A stretch of 64,000 nucleotides of DNA, from the NCBI GenBank assembly GCA_963786255.1, contig CAWAYY010000021.1:3840-67839 (forward strand). The letters run 5' to 3'. The notes under the pieces were generated by a model, which ran no database searches, was not told the origin of the DNA, and worked only from the letters and a program-made list of their open reading frames with translations. A program made the translations under genes and the position numbers. Shown here in pieces: positions 22,423 to 33,719 of the stretch (position 1 is its first letter; each line of letters starts with the position of its first letter). The DNA is from Pirellulales bacterium (GTDB lineage: Bacteria; Planctomycetota; Planctomycetia; Pirellulales; JAICIG01).

Positions 22423-23485
22423 ATGAAGAGTTCGCCTGAAAAACGCCTGTTCAGCCTGGTGGTGCCGGTGCTTAATGAGCAGGACGTGTTATCGGATACC
22501 TACCAGACCCTCAGCGGCGTGTTGAGCGGGCTCGGCATGCCTTTCGAAGTGGTGGTGGTGGACAACGGCAGCACCGATCAAACGCCCCAGATGATGCAAG
22601 AAATCTGCGCGCAACGATGCGAGCTGGAAGTTCTTGCGTCTCAGTCGCAATTTCGGTTATCAGAATTCGATCACGGCCGGCATGTTGGTCGCTCAGGGCG
22701 ATGCCATCATGGTCATCGACGCCGACTTGCAAGATCCGCCCGAACTGATCCCCACGTTCGTCGCCAGGTGGCTCGAAGGCTACGACATCGTCTACGGCGT
22801 GCGCGAGAGCGCACGGGCGAGAGCCCCTCGCATTATCCCGACGATGATGGCCATGCGGCTGATTACCTGGATGAGCGACGACATCAAGCTGCCGGCCCAC
22901 AGCGGCGACTTCCGCTTGATCACGCGTCGCGTGCGCGACGCTTTCGCCCAGTTGAGCGAGACGAACCGCTACGTCCGCGGTTTGATTCACTGGCTTGGCT
23001 ACCGTCAGATCGGCATTCCGTATGTGCGGGTCGGTCGGGCCAAGGGAACCAGCAAAGTCAACCTGCCGTACCTGATCGGCTTCACGCTGAATGCGATCTT
23101 TAGCTTCTCGATCAAGCCGTTGCGGATGTTCAGCCTGCTCGGCGTCGGCGTGTTGACGGTGGCCGCCGTGTTGGCAATGACGTACCTGGTCATGTCGTTT
23201 CTTGTCAGTCCGCCGCGCGGCATTACCACCGTGCTGATGCTGCTGCTGATCAACCTGGGCGTCATGTCGCTGGGCATCGGCGTATTGGGCGAATACATCG
23301 CCAAGATCTACGCCGAGAGCAAACGGCGCCCGCTCTGGCTGGTCGATTACGCCCTGAACTTCGAGCCGCCTGCCGTTGAGCCTCGCACTGATCCGCCCCA
23401 CATCGCTTCGCCCCGCTTCGCTCCGCCGGATCTCGTTTCGCCGGCGACGGCTTGGAGGAGCGAGGCGATACCGGGAGAAGTCTAA
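22423..23485 (+). CDS. family-2 glycosyltransferase (polyprenyl-phosphate sugar synthase-like, with C-terminal TM helices), one frame break
   Basis: ATG 22423: MKSSPEKRLFSLVVPVLNEQDVL...VVVVDNGSTDQT.... After a break near 22615: ...WKFLRLSRNFGYQNSITAGMLVAQGDAIMVIDADLQDPPELI.... Two C-terminal hydrophobic helices resemble DPM1/ArnC-like enzymes. Confidence 0.85.
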
Positions 23486-23602
23486 GGTCTGGAATCAAGG
23501 CGCCAAGCCGGAAGCCGGCAGTCCGATTGGTCGCGGGTCGTTCTACTGGTTGCCACAGCGTGCTACCCGATACTTGATGCTTTCCTCTCTCCTCGCCTGT
23601 TT

Positions 23603-25306
23603 ATGAATCGTCCGATCCAACGTGCAACAGAGACGCAACCGGAGCGCGATGCTCCGCCGCCGCTGTGGCCCTACTTGCTGCTCTGCGCCGCGGCGGCGCT
23701 GTGGATCGACTTCGGCTCATTGCACCGTTGGCACCATTCCGATTCGCTGTTACCGGCGCTGATCAGCCTGTATCGCTGGACTCCCTTCTATTGGGAACTG
23801 GATCGGATCGGCATGCTCGTGCCATTGATTGCGCGACCGGTCAAACATCCGCTGTTTAATCTGCTCGTGCAGGACGGGCTCTATGTGTTTTGCGCGCTCT
23901 GCGCTCGTGCTGATGCCCCGCTATTTGTTGCGCAACGCGACCTTTCCGGTCGTCGGCGTGCTCAGCGTCGCCGCGTTCCTGTCGCTGACGCCCGGTTACT
24001 ACCGTTTTGAATACATGATCGACACGCAGTACGGCGTGTGGCTGTTCTTGGGACTGGCGGGACTGGTCCTGCTCGAGCAGCCGGCCGGCGCCTCGCTCTC
24101 CTGGCCTCATCGGATTGCTGGCGTGACGCTGATGATCCTGGCGCACTGGGTTTACTGCACGGCGACCCTGTTTTTGGGACCGTTGATCGTTTTCCGCGCG
24201 GTGTTTTGCGTCAACGGCGGCGTCGACGTGTTGTTCGCCTTCCAACGCGGCGCAACGCTTCCGGCTGAAGCCGATGACGCGCGTGACCGACAACGACGCG
24301 GGAGTGTTTCGCGTCGCAGGGGCTGGCGCTTCCTGCGGGAAAATGCTGCGGCCGCTGAACTGGGACGCTCGCTGGTCGCGCTGGCGCTTGGCTTTGTCGC
24401 TGGTTTGGGTTTGATGCAGTTGGCGCCGATTCACGATACGGATTTCGCATCGCTGTCCGTCGGCGACTGGCCGCGAACCTGGGCGAACTTGATTTCGACG
24501 AGCTGGACTTCGCTGGCGCCGCAGCGCTGGCCCTGGTTTCTGTTGGCCGCAGCCGCGTTGGGGCTGAGCGCATACTGCCTTCCGGCGGTGCGCAAGCGGC
24601 GCAAGCGAACTGGCGGTCGGCTGCCGCGGCCTTGGCGGCGGCGACCATGATCGGCCTGTTTATCGGCACGCGGCACTGGGTCGTGGCAAACGCATACGCG
24701 TTTCGCTTTCTGCTGCCCAGCGCATTGATGACGCAGGCGGCGCTGTTGGGCATTGCCGCGGCGCCGCTGGCCCTCATCGTGAATCAGCGGACATGGTGCT
24801 TTGTTTGTCTGGCGGCGCTGCCGTTAATGCTTGGCGCCGCGGCGATCGGCTACGGTCGCCCTTCGCTCGATGGCGTTTATAAGAATCTCGATCCTTACTA
24901 CGATGCGACAGCGACGGGAACGCCGCCTGGCATTGGCACGCGAGATATGCTCGATAGCCGCTGCACGCATGTGGCGGGCGATTATTGGAAAGTCTGGCAC
25001 GCGGTATTCCGCGCCAACTTGGCGCTTTATGAGCGGGGAGAGCGGAAAGTGATTTGGGGGCTCTCGTTGCGAAGCCGGCCCACGTATCGCTACTGGAGCA
25101 AGATTCCTCGCGAGCAAATGCGGGTTGGCATTGCGGCGGGCGGCGATCCGGAGGCCGACGCCTACCTGGCTCATTATCAACTGGGGCCGCTGGGGGTGAG
25201 CGAACAACGGGAGAGCCTGTGGCTGCTGCAGCCGCGGGAGGTTTTGGCGGCCAAGGCGTCGGACAAAACGCCCGCCAGAACCGCTCTGCGATTAAAAGCA
25301 CGTTGA
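23603..25306 (+). CDS. large polytopic membrane protein of the glycan operon (no family recognised), two frame breaks
   Basis: ORFs 23603..24010, 23829..24650 and 24632..25306 join, with breaks near 23908 and 24600, into ~567 aa with many hydrophobic helices (LWPYLLLCAAAALWIDF, VVGVLSVAAFLSL, VWLFLGLAGLVLL, IAGVTLMILAHWVY...). The soluble C-terminal part includes DYWKVWHAVFRANLALYERG. Confidence 0.55.
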
Positions 25307-25343
25307 GCGGCGGCGACTTGGGGCGAACGCACAACCTTATCGA

Positions 25344-26186
25344 ATGGTGCATAGAGTGGCGACTAGCTTTGATCCTCGAGAACTGAGAAAGACGGTGCTC
25401 CGCATGGCATACGCCGGTTCGACCGTGCATATTGCCTGCGCCTTTTCGTTGATCGAGATCATGGCGGTGCTGTATCGCTCGCAGTTGCGTTTGGGCTGCG
25501 GCGGGCCGCACGCCGAAGATCGCGATTATCTGGTGCTGAGCAAAGGCCATGGAGTGATGGCTCAATATGCCTGCCTGCGCGAACTCGGCTGGTTGAACGA
25601 TGACGAGCTGGCACGCTATTTCGGCGACGGCACCCGGCTTAAGGGGCTTTCCGACGCCCACGTGCCGGGATTGGAAGTCAGCTCCGGCTCGCTCGGGCAC
25701 GGTCTCTCCGTCGGCGTTGGCCTGGCGCTGGCCGCTCGACGCAAGGGCGCCGATCAACGCGTGTTCGCCGTCGTCGGAGACGGCGAGATCAACGAGGGCT
25801 CGATCTGGGAGGCGCTGCTGTTCGCCGTCCAATTTCAACTTTCCAATCTGGTGCTGATCGTCGACGCCAACGGCTTTCAGGCGATGGGTAGCACCAAGGA
25901 AGTCATGGATCTGGGAGACCTGGCCGCCAAGTTGAGAGCCTTCGGACTGGAAACTCGCGAAGTCGACGGCCACGATGAACAGGCTCTCGACCGCACGCTT
26001 GGCGCCCTGGTCAGGCATCCTTGTGCGGGTCCGCGGGCCGTCGTCGCGCATACCGTCAAAGGCAAGGGCGTGTCGTTCATGGAGAGCGACAATCGCTGGC
26101 ATTACACGAGACTGACGGCCGAGACCTACGCCGCGGCGATGGCCGAGTTGGAACCGGGCGCGTCGCAATGCAAGGAGGCTGCCTGA
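25344..26186 (+). CDS. transketolase, N-terminal (ThDP-binding) subunit
   Basis: 280 aa, intact. LSKGHG, GSLGHGLSVGVGLA and VVGDGEINEGSIWEALLFA...NLVLIVDANG (GDG-x-N ThDP motif) are present. Its stop overlaps the start of the next gene (CTGATG). Confidence 0.85.
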   Translation: MVHRVATSFDPRELRKTVLRMAYAGSTVHIACAFSLIEIMAVLYRSQLRLGCGGPHAEDRDYLVLSKGHGVMAQYACLRELGWLNDDELARYFGDGTRLKGLSDAHVPGLEVSSGSLGHGLSVGVGLALAARRKGADQRVFAVVGDGEINEGSIWEALLFAVQFQLSNLVLIVDANGFQAMGSTKEVMDLGDLAAKLRAFGLETREVDGHDEQALDRTLGALVRHPCAGPRAVVAHTVKGKGVSFMESDNRWHYTRLTAETYAAAMAELEPGASQCKEAA

Positions 26187-27147
26187 TGCGGAACGCTTTC
26201 TCCCGAGCGCTGGTCGATGCGGCGCGCAACGATCCTCGCGTCGTGCTGCTGACCGGCGACCACGGCTATGCCCTGTTTGACGAATTTCGCCAGGTCAGTC
26301 CCGAGCAGTACGTCAACGCCGGAGTTGCAGAACAGAACATGGTCGGCGTGGCGGCCGGGCTGGCCAAAGCAGGCTTGCGGCCCGTCGTCTATGGCCTGAG
26401 CGCTTTTGTGCCGGTCCGCGTGCTGGAGCAGATCAAGCTCGACATTTGCTATGAGCAGTTGCCCGTGCTGCTGATCGGCGATGGCGCCGGGGTCGTCTAC
26501 AGTTCGCTCGGCACGAGCCACCAGAGCACCGAAGACATAGCGGCGCTGCGGCGCTGCCGCACTTGAGCCTGCTGTCGCCGGCAGACGCCCAGGAAATGAC
26601 CGCCTGCATGAAGCTGGCGTTGGATTGCGCCGGTCCGGCCTACTTGCGGATGGGCAAGTCGGACTTGGGCGTCGTTCACGCAGAGCCGCTGTCGCTAGGC
26701 TGGGGCGGGTTGCCGTGCGTACGCCGCGGGGACGGTCCGCTCGCTTGGATTGCGACCGGTTCGATGGTCAGAACGGCCTTGGCGGCCGCCGAGCGTTGGC
26801 CCGGCAGCGAGGTCTTCAGTGCGCCGTGCCTGAAGCCGCTCGATGAAACGGCGGTTCGCGAGATTTGTCGACGGCATGAAGCTGTGATCGTGCTGGAAGA
26901 GCATTCCGTCTACGGCGGCTTGGGGTCGGCCGTGACGGAGATCTCGGCGGCGACTTGTCCCACGTGGGTATGCCGCGTCGGCATACCGGACCGCTTTTCG
27001 CAGTACTGCGGCAGTTATCAATATCTGATCCGAGAACATCGGCTCGATATCGAGGCCGTCGCGGAGCAGGTTGCAACGTTTCTCGACCGCGTGCCTGACG
27101 CGGCCAGGCTCGTCGGCGCCCAGGTCACGACCAAACGGGCGGCGTGA
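26186..27147 (+). CDS. transketolase, C-terminal (pyrimidine-binding) subunit, one frame break
   Basis: ATG 26186: MRNAFSRALVDAARNDPRVVLLTGDHGYALFDEFRQVSPEQYVNAGVAEQNMVGVAAGLA.... A break near 26551 (...TEDIAALR|ALPHLSLLSPADAQEM...) joins ORFs 26021..26566 and 26563..27147. Confidence 0.85.
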
Positions 27148-27201
27148 AACGAAGGCGCCTGATGGTCGTCGGCTCGGGCGGACGGCAAGCGAGCGTCGGC
27201 A

Positions 27202-28575
27202 ATGTCCGTTGACTTTTACAGAAACCCAATCTTCCCGGAGTCTCCCGCCCGCATGTCGCAAGAACTTCACGACAAGATCCTCGACCTGGTCCGCCAGTAC
27301 TACCATGCTGCGCACGCGAGCCGCGAGTTTGTTCCGGGGCAGAGCAAGGTTCCCTACGCCGGTCGGGTGTTCGATGAACGCGAAATGGTCGCAGCGGTTG
27401 ATTCGATGCTCGACTTCTGGCTCACGTTCGGCGAGCAGGGCGCCGCATTCGAACGCGAGCTGGCCGCTTATGTCGGCGCCAGGCACGCCTTGGCGGTGAA
27501 TTCAGGTTCCAGCGCCAACCTGGTCGCCTTCGCCACGCTTACCAGCCCGCAGCTCAAGCGACCGCTGGAACCGGGCGACGAAGTAATCACCGTGGCCGCG
27601 GGCTTTCCCACGACGGTGGCGCCGATCGTTCAATACGGCTGCATTCCGGTGTTCGTCGACGTATCGCTTGAGACGGCCAATGCGCTGGTCGACCGCGTGG
27701 CCGACGCCGTCGGCCCCAAAACGAGAGCCATCATGCTGGCCCACGCGCTGGGCAATCCTTACGACCTTGACGCCGTGATGGATATCGTGAAACGCCACGA
27801 CTTGTACCTGGTGGAAGACAACTGCGACGCGTTGGGCAGCGAATATCGCGGCGTTCGGACCGGCACGTTCGGCCATCTGGCGACGCAAAGCTTCTATCCG
27901 CCGCATCACCTGACGATGGGCGAAGGGGGCGCCGTGCTGACGGGAAACGGTCGCTTGCGCCGGATCGCAGAGTCGTTCCGAGATTGGGGCCGCGACTGTT
28001 GGTGCGCGTCCGGCCAGGACAATACCTGTGGCAAGCGATTTGGCTGGAAGCTCGGCACGTTGCCCGAAGGCTACGATCACAAGTACATCTACAGCCACCT
28101 GGGCTACAATCTCAAGCCGCTTGATGCGCAGGCCGCCATCGGCCTGGAGCAACTCAAAAAGCTTGACGGATTTGTCGCCGCACGCCGCGCCAATCATGCC
28201 CGGCTGCTCGTTTCGCTGCGACCTTACGAAGAACATTTGATTCTGCCGCAGGCCACGCCCTACAGCGATCCCTCGTGGTTCGGCCTGCTGTTGACCGTGC
28301 GTGACGGCGCTCCCTTCTCGCGAGCGGAACTGGTCGCTCACCTGGAACAGAGCGGCATTCAGACCCGGCAACTGTTTGGCGGGAATTTGCTGCGGCAGCC
28401 GGCCTTCGAACGAGTCATCCATCGCACGGTCGGCGGACTGGAAAACACGGACAAGATCATGCGCGATGCGTTCTTCATCGGCGTCTATCCCGGCTTGACC
28501 GCGGCCATGCTCGAGTACGTCGAGCAGACGTTTCACCAATTCTTCGCAGCCTTGTCGGCCAGGCGCGCCGCTTGA
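27202..28575 (+). CDS. rfbH: CDP-6-deoxy-4-keto-hexose 3-dehydrase (E1; RfbH/DdhC/AscC type, PMP and [2Fe-2S] enzyme)
   Basis: 457 aa, intact. VNSGSSANL, GDEVITVAAGFPTTV and SFYPPHHLTMGEGG (His replaces the usual DegT lysine). The cysteine spacing C-x57-C-x-C-x7-C (NCDALGS...RDCWCASGQDNTCGKRF) equals the E1 iron-sulfur motif. Confidence 0.9.
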   Translation: MSVDFYRNPIFPESPARMSQELHDKILDLVRQYYHAAHASREFVPGQSKVPYAGRVFDEREMVAAVDSMLDFWLTFGEQGAAFERELAAYVGARHALAVNSGSSANLVAFATLTSPQLKRPLEPGDEVITVAAGFPTTVAPIVQYGCIPVFVDVSLETANALVDRVADAVGPKTRAIMLAHALGNPYDLDAVMDIVKRHDLYLVEDNCDALGSEYRGVRTGTFGHLATQSFYPPHHLTMGEGGAVLTGNGRLRRIAESFRDWGRDCWCASGQDNTCGKRFGWKLGTLPEGYDHKYIYSHLGYNLKPLDAQAAIGLEQLKKLDGFVAARRANHARLLVSLRPYEEHLILPQATPYSDPSWFGLLLTVRDGAPFSRAELVAHLEQSGIQTRQLFGGNLLRQPAFERVIHRTVGGLENTDKIMRDAFFIGVYPGLTAAMLEYVEQTFHQFFAALSARRAA

Positions 28576-28827
28576 ATTTGCGCGGGCGTGGCGGTCCCGG
28601 CGGCTGATGACAAGTCGCAATCGATGTGCCTTCAGGAATACGCATGGCGACAGTACTTCGCGACCAAAAGAAATCTCGGCGTGTCGAGTCAGACCCGCCT
28701 TCGGGCGAAGCGAGGGCGCCGAAAGTCGGCGCGGAGGGTCGGCGCTGCAGAGCTCGCAGCGCATTGAACGGCCGGCGCGGGGTATCTGGCGGCGGCCGCG
28801 CTGTCGACGCTGATCCTGGTCCGGATC

Positions 28828-30551
28828 ATGAAGCTGTGGCACGCGGATTTGTCGATTCCGATGAGGCATTTTTGGGATGCGCTGCTGACCCAGATGTGGG
28901 TCAAAGGCGTGTTCGAAAACGGCTGGTATCTGCACAATCCGAACCTTGGCGCCCCGACCGGCATGGATATGCACGACTTTCCCATGGCGGACAGTCTGCA
29001 TTTCTTTGTCATCAAGTTGCTCTGTTTGGCATCGCCCAACTATGCCGTGGCGTTCAACTTGTATTACCTGCTCGGCTTTCCGCTGGCGACCGTCAGCATG
29101 TTGTTCGTGCTGCGGAGGTTCAGCGTTTCCTACCCGGCGGCGCTGGCGGCGAGCTTGCTGTTTACTTTTTTGCCTTACCATTTCGTCCGCGGGCAACAGC
29201 ATTTGTTTCTGGCGTCGTATTACGTCGTGCCGCTCTCGACGATGGTTGCGCTGTGGCTTTATCTGGGACGCATTGGCGGCGCCGCAGAACTGAGCGACTC
29301 TCGCGGGCGGTGGATCGGCAGCCTGGCGATTGCCGTGCTGCAGTCGTGCGCCGGCGTTTACTACGCCGCCTTTGCTTGCTTCCTGTTTCTTGTAGCCGGA
29401 CTTGCGGCGGCGCTCGATATCACGCCGCTTCAAACCGTTGGCGGTCGCTGCGTTGCTCTTCGGCGTCACGACCGCCGGAGCCCTGGCCAATCTCTCGCCC
29501 AGCCTGCTTTATTGGCGCGAGCACGGACGGAACCGGTCGGTTGCTCGCCGCGACGCGCTGGAGGCCGACATTCACGGCTTGAAGATCGGCCAGTTGCTGT
29601 TGCCCGACTCGCAACATCGCATCGGCCGCTTTGCCCGGGTGACGCAAAAAGTACGATAGCTGGCCCCTGGCCGACGGCGAAAAGATAGGGGCCACGCTGG
29701 GCGTTGTCGGCAGCGTCGGCTTTCTGGTTCTGATCGGCGTGCTGTTGCGACGCCGGGGAGAGGGGCCGCAGCCGAGCGTGCTCTCAGGGCTGGCCGTGAT
29801 GAACATCTTTTCGGTGCTGCTCGCGACGATCGGCGGCTTTGGTTCGCTCTTCAATTTTCTCGTGTTCGCCCAGATCCGCTGTTACAACCGGCTGAGCATT
29901 TACATTGCCATGTTTTCGCTGTTCGCCGCGGCGTTGCTGCTTGACCGTTTTGCCGCCTGGTGGCTTGCCGCCGGCCGCAGCAAGTGGCAGTTGACGACGT
30001 TGCTTTCGCGCTCGTCGCGGCTCGGCATCATCGACGAAGCGGGCCGAGGACGCGTGCCGGACTACGCGGGCCTGAAGGCCGACTTTGAAAACGACGCCGA
30101 GTTCGTTCGCCGCATTGAAGCGGCCGTCCCGACGGGATCGATGGTCTTTCAACTTCCGTATTTCCCTTTTCCCGAGGCGCCGCACATCGTCGAACTGGGC
30201 GACTACGAAGAGTTCCGGCCCTATTTTCACTCTCGCTCGCTGCGCTGGAGCTACGGCGCAATGAAGGGCCGCAATGACGACAAGTGGCAGAGCGAAGTCG
30301 CAGAACGGTCGCGGGAGGAATTTGTCCAAGCGATCGCCGAGCGGGGATTCGCCGGCATCTATATCGACCGACTCGGATATGCAGATCGGGCGGCGGCGCT
30401 CGAAGCGGAGCTGACGGACATTCTCGGCCAGCCGCCGCTTGTCAGCGGCAACATTCGGATGTCGTTCTTCCCCTTGCCACAAGCAAACGCGCCGAAGAAC
30501 ACGGATCGTACGGTCGACCAGACCGCTTCCGCCTTATCGACTCGCGGTTGA
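28828..30551 (+). CDS. large polytopic membrane protein with C-terminal soluble domain (GT-C-like or phosphoglycerol-transferase-like; family not recognised), two frame breaks
   Basis: ORFs 28828..29688, 29402..29659 and 29739..30551 join, with breaks near 29421 and in the A5 run 29646-29650 (...RVTQK|KYDSWPLADGEKIG...). There are about 10 TM helices (FPMADSLHFFVIKLL, NLYYLLGFPLATVSMLFVL...), then FQLPYFPFPEAPHIVELGDYEEFRPYFHSRSLRWSYGAMKGRNDDKWQ. The frame is open upstream to 28768, so the true start is uncertain. Confidence 0.6.
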
Positions 30552-30823
30552 AAAAACGCCGCGCCCGTCCTCTTTTCCGTTCCGCCGCCTGGCATGAAGG
30601 CCAAGCCGGAGGAACGCCTCTTACGGCGTTGGCTGTGACGAGGACGCTTGTCGCCCGTCCTCTGGGCTTGCAGTCTGCTTCCGTTTGGCGCGATTGCGGG
30701 GCTTAGGCCGCCGTTGGGCAGGTCCGCCTGGACAAACGCTTGAATGTCCGCTTGCGATAACCTAGGTTTGACCAAGATCCGCCGATTTGGTCGGAGCCCG
30801 TTTACAACACGCGGGGGAGAAGC

Positions 30824-31213
30824 ATGAAGACGATTTGGCTGGCCGCTTTGGCCATGGCCGCGCTGGGGGCTACGGAAGTGCGTGCCGAGCAGGCGTACTA
30901 CTACTCGCCGCCCTACCAGAAATTCGGCGACTATGCGCCGACGATGTACGCGAATTCCGGGCGACCCTCGGCGCGGGCCGCCGCGCAGTATCGGTATTAC
31001 CTCGCGATGCGGCCCGTGATGGCGCCGGCAATCACAGGCGAGTACGCGGCCGTTCCCGAGTATGCCTTGCCCGGCACATTCCGCTACTATCCGCGCGTGA
31101 CGACCAGCTATTACCGGGCGCCAGCGCCGGTGACGCCGGGAGCCGGCACGTTCGGTTACGACTATCAGTTACGTCCCCCCGCGGACTATTACGGCGGATA
31201 CTGGGGCTGGTAG
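30824..31213 (+). CDS. small secreted Tyr/Pro-rich protein (hypothetical)
   Basis: 129 aa. GGGGGAGA lies 3 nt upstream of the ATG. Signal peptide MKTIWLAALAMAALGATEVRA|EQ. The mature part has about 20 Tyr in ~108 residues (AYYYSPPYQKFGDY..RYYPRVTTSYYRAP..ADYYGGYWGW). Confidence 0.6.
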   Translation: MKTIWLAALAMAALGATEVRAEQAYYYSPPYQKFGDYAPTMYANSGRPSARAAAQYRYYLAMRPVMAPAITGEYAAVPEYALPGTFRYYPRVTTSYYRAPAPVTPGAGTFGYDYQLRPPADYYGGYWGW

Positions 31214-31276
31214 TCAGCGGCTCGATCGGGCCTGCATGCCGCCGGCGCCAAACTGCGGCGGCTTGCCACGCTGACC

Positions 31277-31297
31277 GGCGACCCTCAATGGGTCGCC
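31277..31297. terminator. stem-loop between convergent genes (small secreted protein and icd)
   Basis: GGCGACCC-TCAAT-GGGTCGCC (8-bp stem, 5-nt loop), in the 132-nt gap between the stops at 31213 (+) and 31346 (-). Confidence 0.4.
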
Positions 31298-31345
31298 GGA
31301 GGATCAACTCGGTCGATTGAGCGGCGGCTTGAACCGGCCGACGCG

Positions 31346-32441
<1,096 letters not shown>

Positions 32442-32612
32442 GCAGCAGCCTACCTTTCCACTCTTACTTGGTCGTCGGCTCCGGGTTGGGCGAACCCCGG
32501 CGCACCGAGTCCCAACAGGAGCGGTATTAAACAGAACTTGTCGCCCAGTTTTGATTTCGAGCCAAGTCTGCCAAGCTAACAAAAGCCCCCCCGAGCGTCA
32601 ACGAGGCGGACG

Positions 32613-33719
32613 CTAGCCGGAGAACCGGCCGATCGCGCCGGAGGACGGGGGCGGCGGGCTGTTGCGGTATTCATCGGAGCTGATGATCTCGATTTGAATA
32701 TCGCGCTGCGAAGCGCCGGCGTGCATTTGTTGGACGAAATTGTTCAGCTCGTCGGAAGTTGGAGTTCGCTGCAGATATTCCTGATAGAAGCCGGTGACCA
32801 GGTTCTCGAAGTTCTCCGTGCTTTGCGTGAAGCGGAGCACCACCTGCTGTTTGGTCGCCAACTGCAGGTCGAGTTGCTGCGTCCAGTAGGCCAGTCCGTG
32901 CGCGTCGGCCTGACGGCTAAAGAGCCGCTGATACAGCGTCTGGATCCAGGCGGCGTTCGTACCGCCCGCGGATTGAAAGAACTCGTCCGAGCTGATCATG
33001 CCGGCGATGACGTTCTCCGGACCGCCGTCCCGTTTCCAAATGTTGCGCCAGAAGGTCACGCCGGCGGCGTCGGCCGTGCGCAGCAGGTACTCTTGATAGT
33101 ACTGTACGATGATCGGATCGAGTCGCTCGTTACTCTCGAAGATGCCTTGCGCGATCACGCCGGCCGCGTCGCCCTTCTGCAGCCGCCCGGTCCAGTACAT
33201 CAGGCCGCCGTCGTCCGGAGAGCGATGGAGCGCCTGCTGGTAGAGCTTCTCGACGATGCTCGCCTGATAAGACAAGACGCGCACGGCGACCGTCTCGCTG
33301 CCGGCCATGCCGTCGCTGGCTTCGTAGGTGAACGCGTCGACGCCGGCGAAGTTGGCGCCCTTGACGTACGTGAACGTACCGTCGAGGTTCAACGTCAACG
33401 TGCCATATTTCGGCCCGCTGACCAGCACGGCGGTTAGTGCGTCGCCGTTGGCGTCACGGTCGTTGCTCAGCACGCCGGCGCCCGCGGCGGTGGTGCTGCT
33501 GGCGGTGTCGCTCAGTACGAACGTATCGGCCAGAGCCACCGGGGCGTTGTTCAGCGTGATGTGGAACGTGACGGGCGCCGACGCATTGACGCCGCCATGG
33601 GCCGTGCCGCCGTCGTCCTTCAGTTGCAGCGTGATGGCGGCCGTGCCGGAGACGCCGGCGGCGGGCGTGAAACGCAAGTCGCCGGTGGCCGCGTCAACGG
33701 TCGGCTGTGTCGAGAACAA
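32613..33719 (-). CDS. giant exoprotein 2, segment 5 of 5 (last Ig/cadherin-like repeat, cadherin-like domain, four DUF4214 units)
   Basis: The frame is open up to the break near 33844 (...APSFTHGPDQ|AHAPPGSGPAVIHNWAANISAG...). Then DTFVLSDTASSTTAAGAGVLSNDRDANGDALTAVLVSGPKYGTLTLNLDGTFTY, and LYQQALHRSPDDGGLMYWTGRL..., LYQRLFSRQADAHGLAYWTQQL... (DUF4214). It ends SPPPPSSGAIGRFSG. Confidence 0.85.
   Translation of the reverse strand: MFSTQPTVDAATGDLRFTPAAGVSGTAAITLQLKDDGGTAHGGVNASAPVTFHITLNNAPVALADTFVLSDTASSTTAAGAGVLSNDRDANGDALTAVLVSGPKYGTLTLNLDGTFTYVKGANFAGVDAFTYEASDGMAGSETVAVRVLSYQASIVEKLYQQALHRSPDDGGLMYWTGRLQKGDAAGVIAQGIFESNERLDPIIVQYYQEYLLRTADAAGVTFWRNIWKRDGGPENVIAGMISSDEFFQSAGGTNAAWIQTLYQRLFSRQADAHGLAYWTQQLDLQLATKQQVVLRFTQSTENFENLVTGFYQEYLQRTPTSDELNNFVQQMHAGASQRDIQIEIISSDEYRNSPPPPSSGAIGRFSG

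Noticed and set aside
28607-28827. ORFs 28607..28813 and the start of 28626..29582, considered as a possible N-terminus of the second membrane protein.
   Set aside because: Both are Arg/Gly-rich and non-hydrophobic. The membrane-protein frame itself is open only from 28768. The start was left at ATG 28828, with the upstream 60 nt flagged as uncertain.
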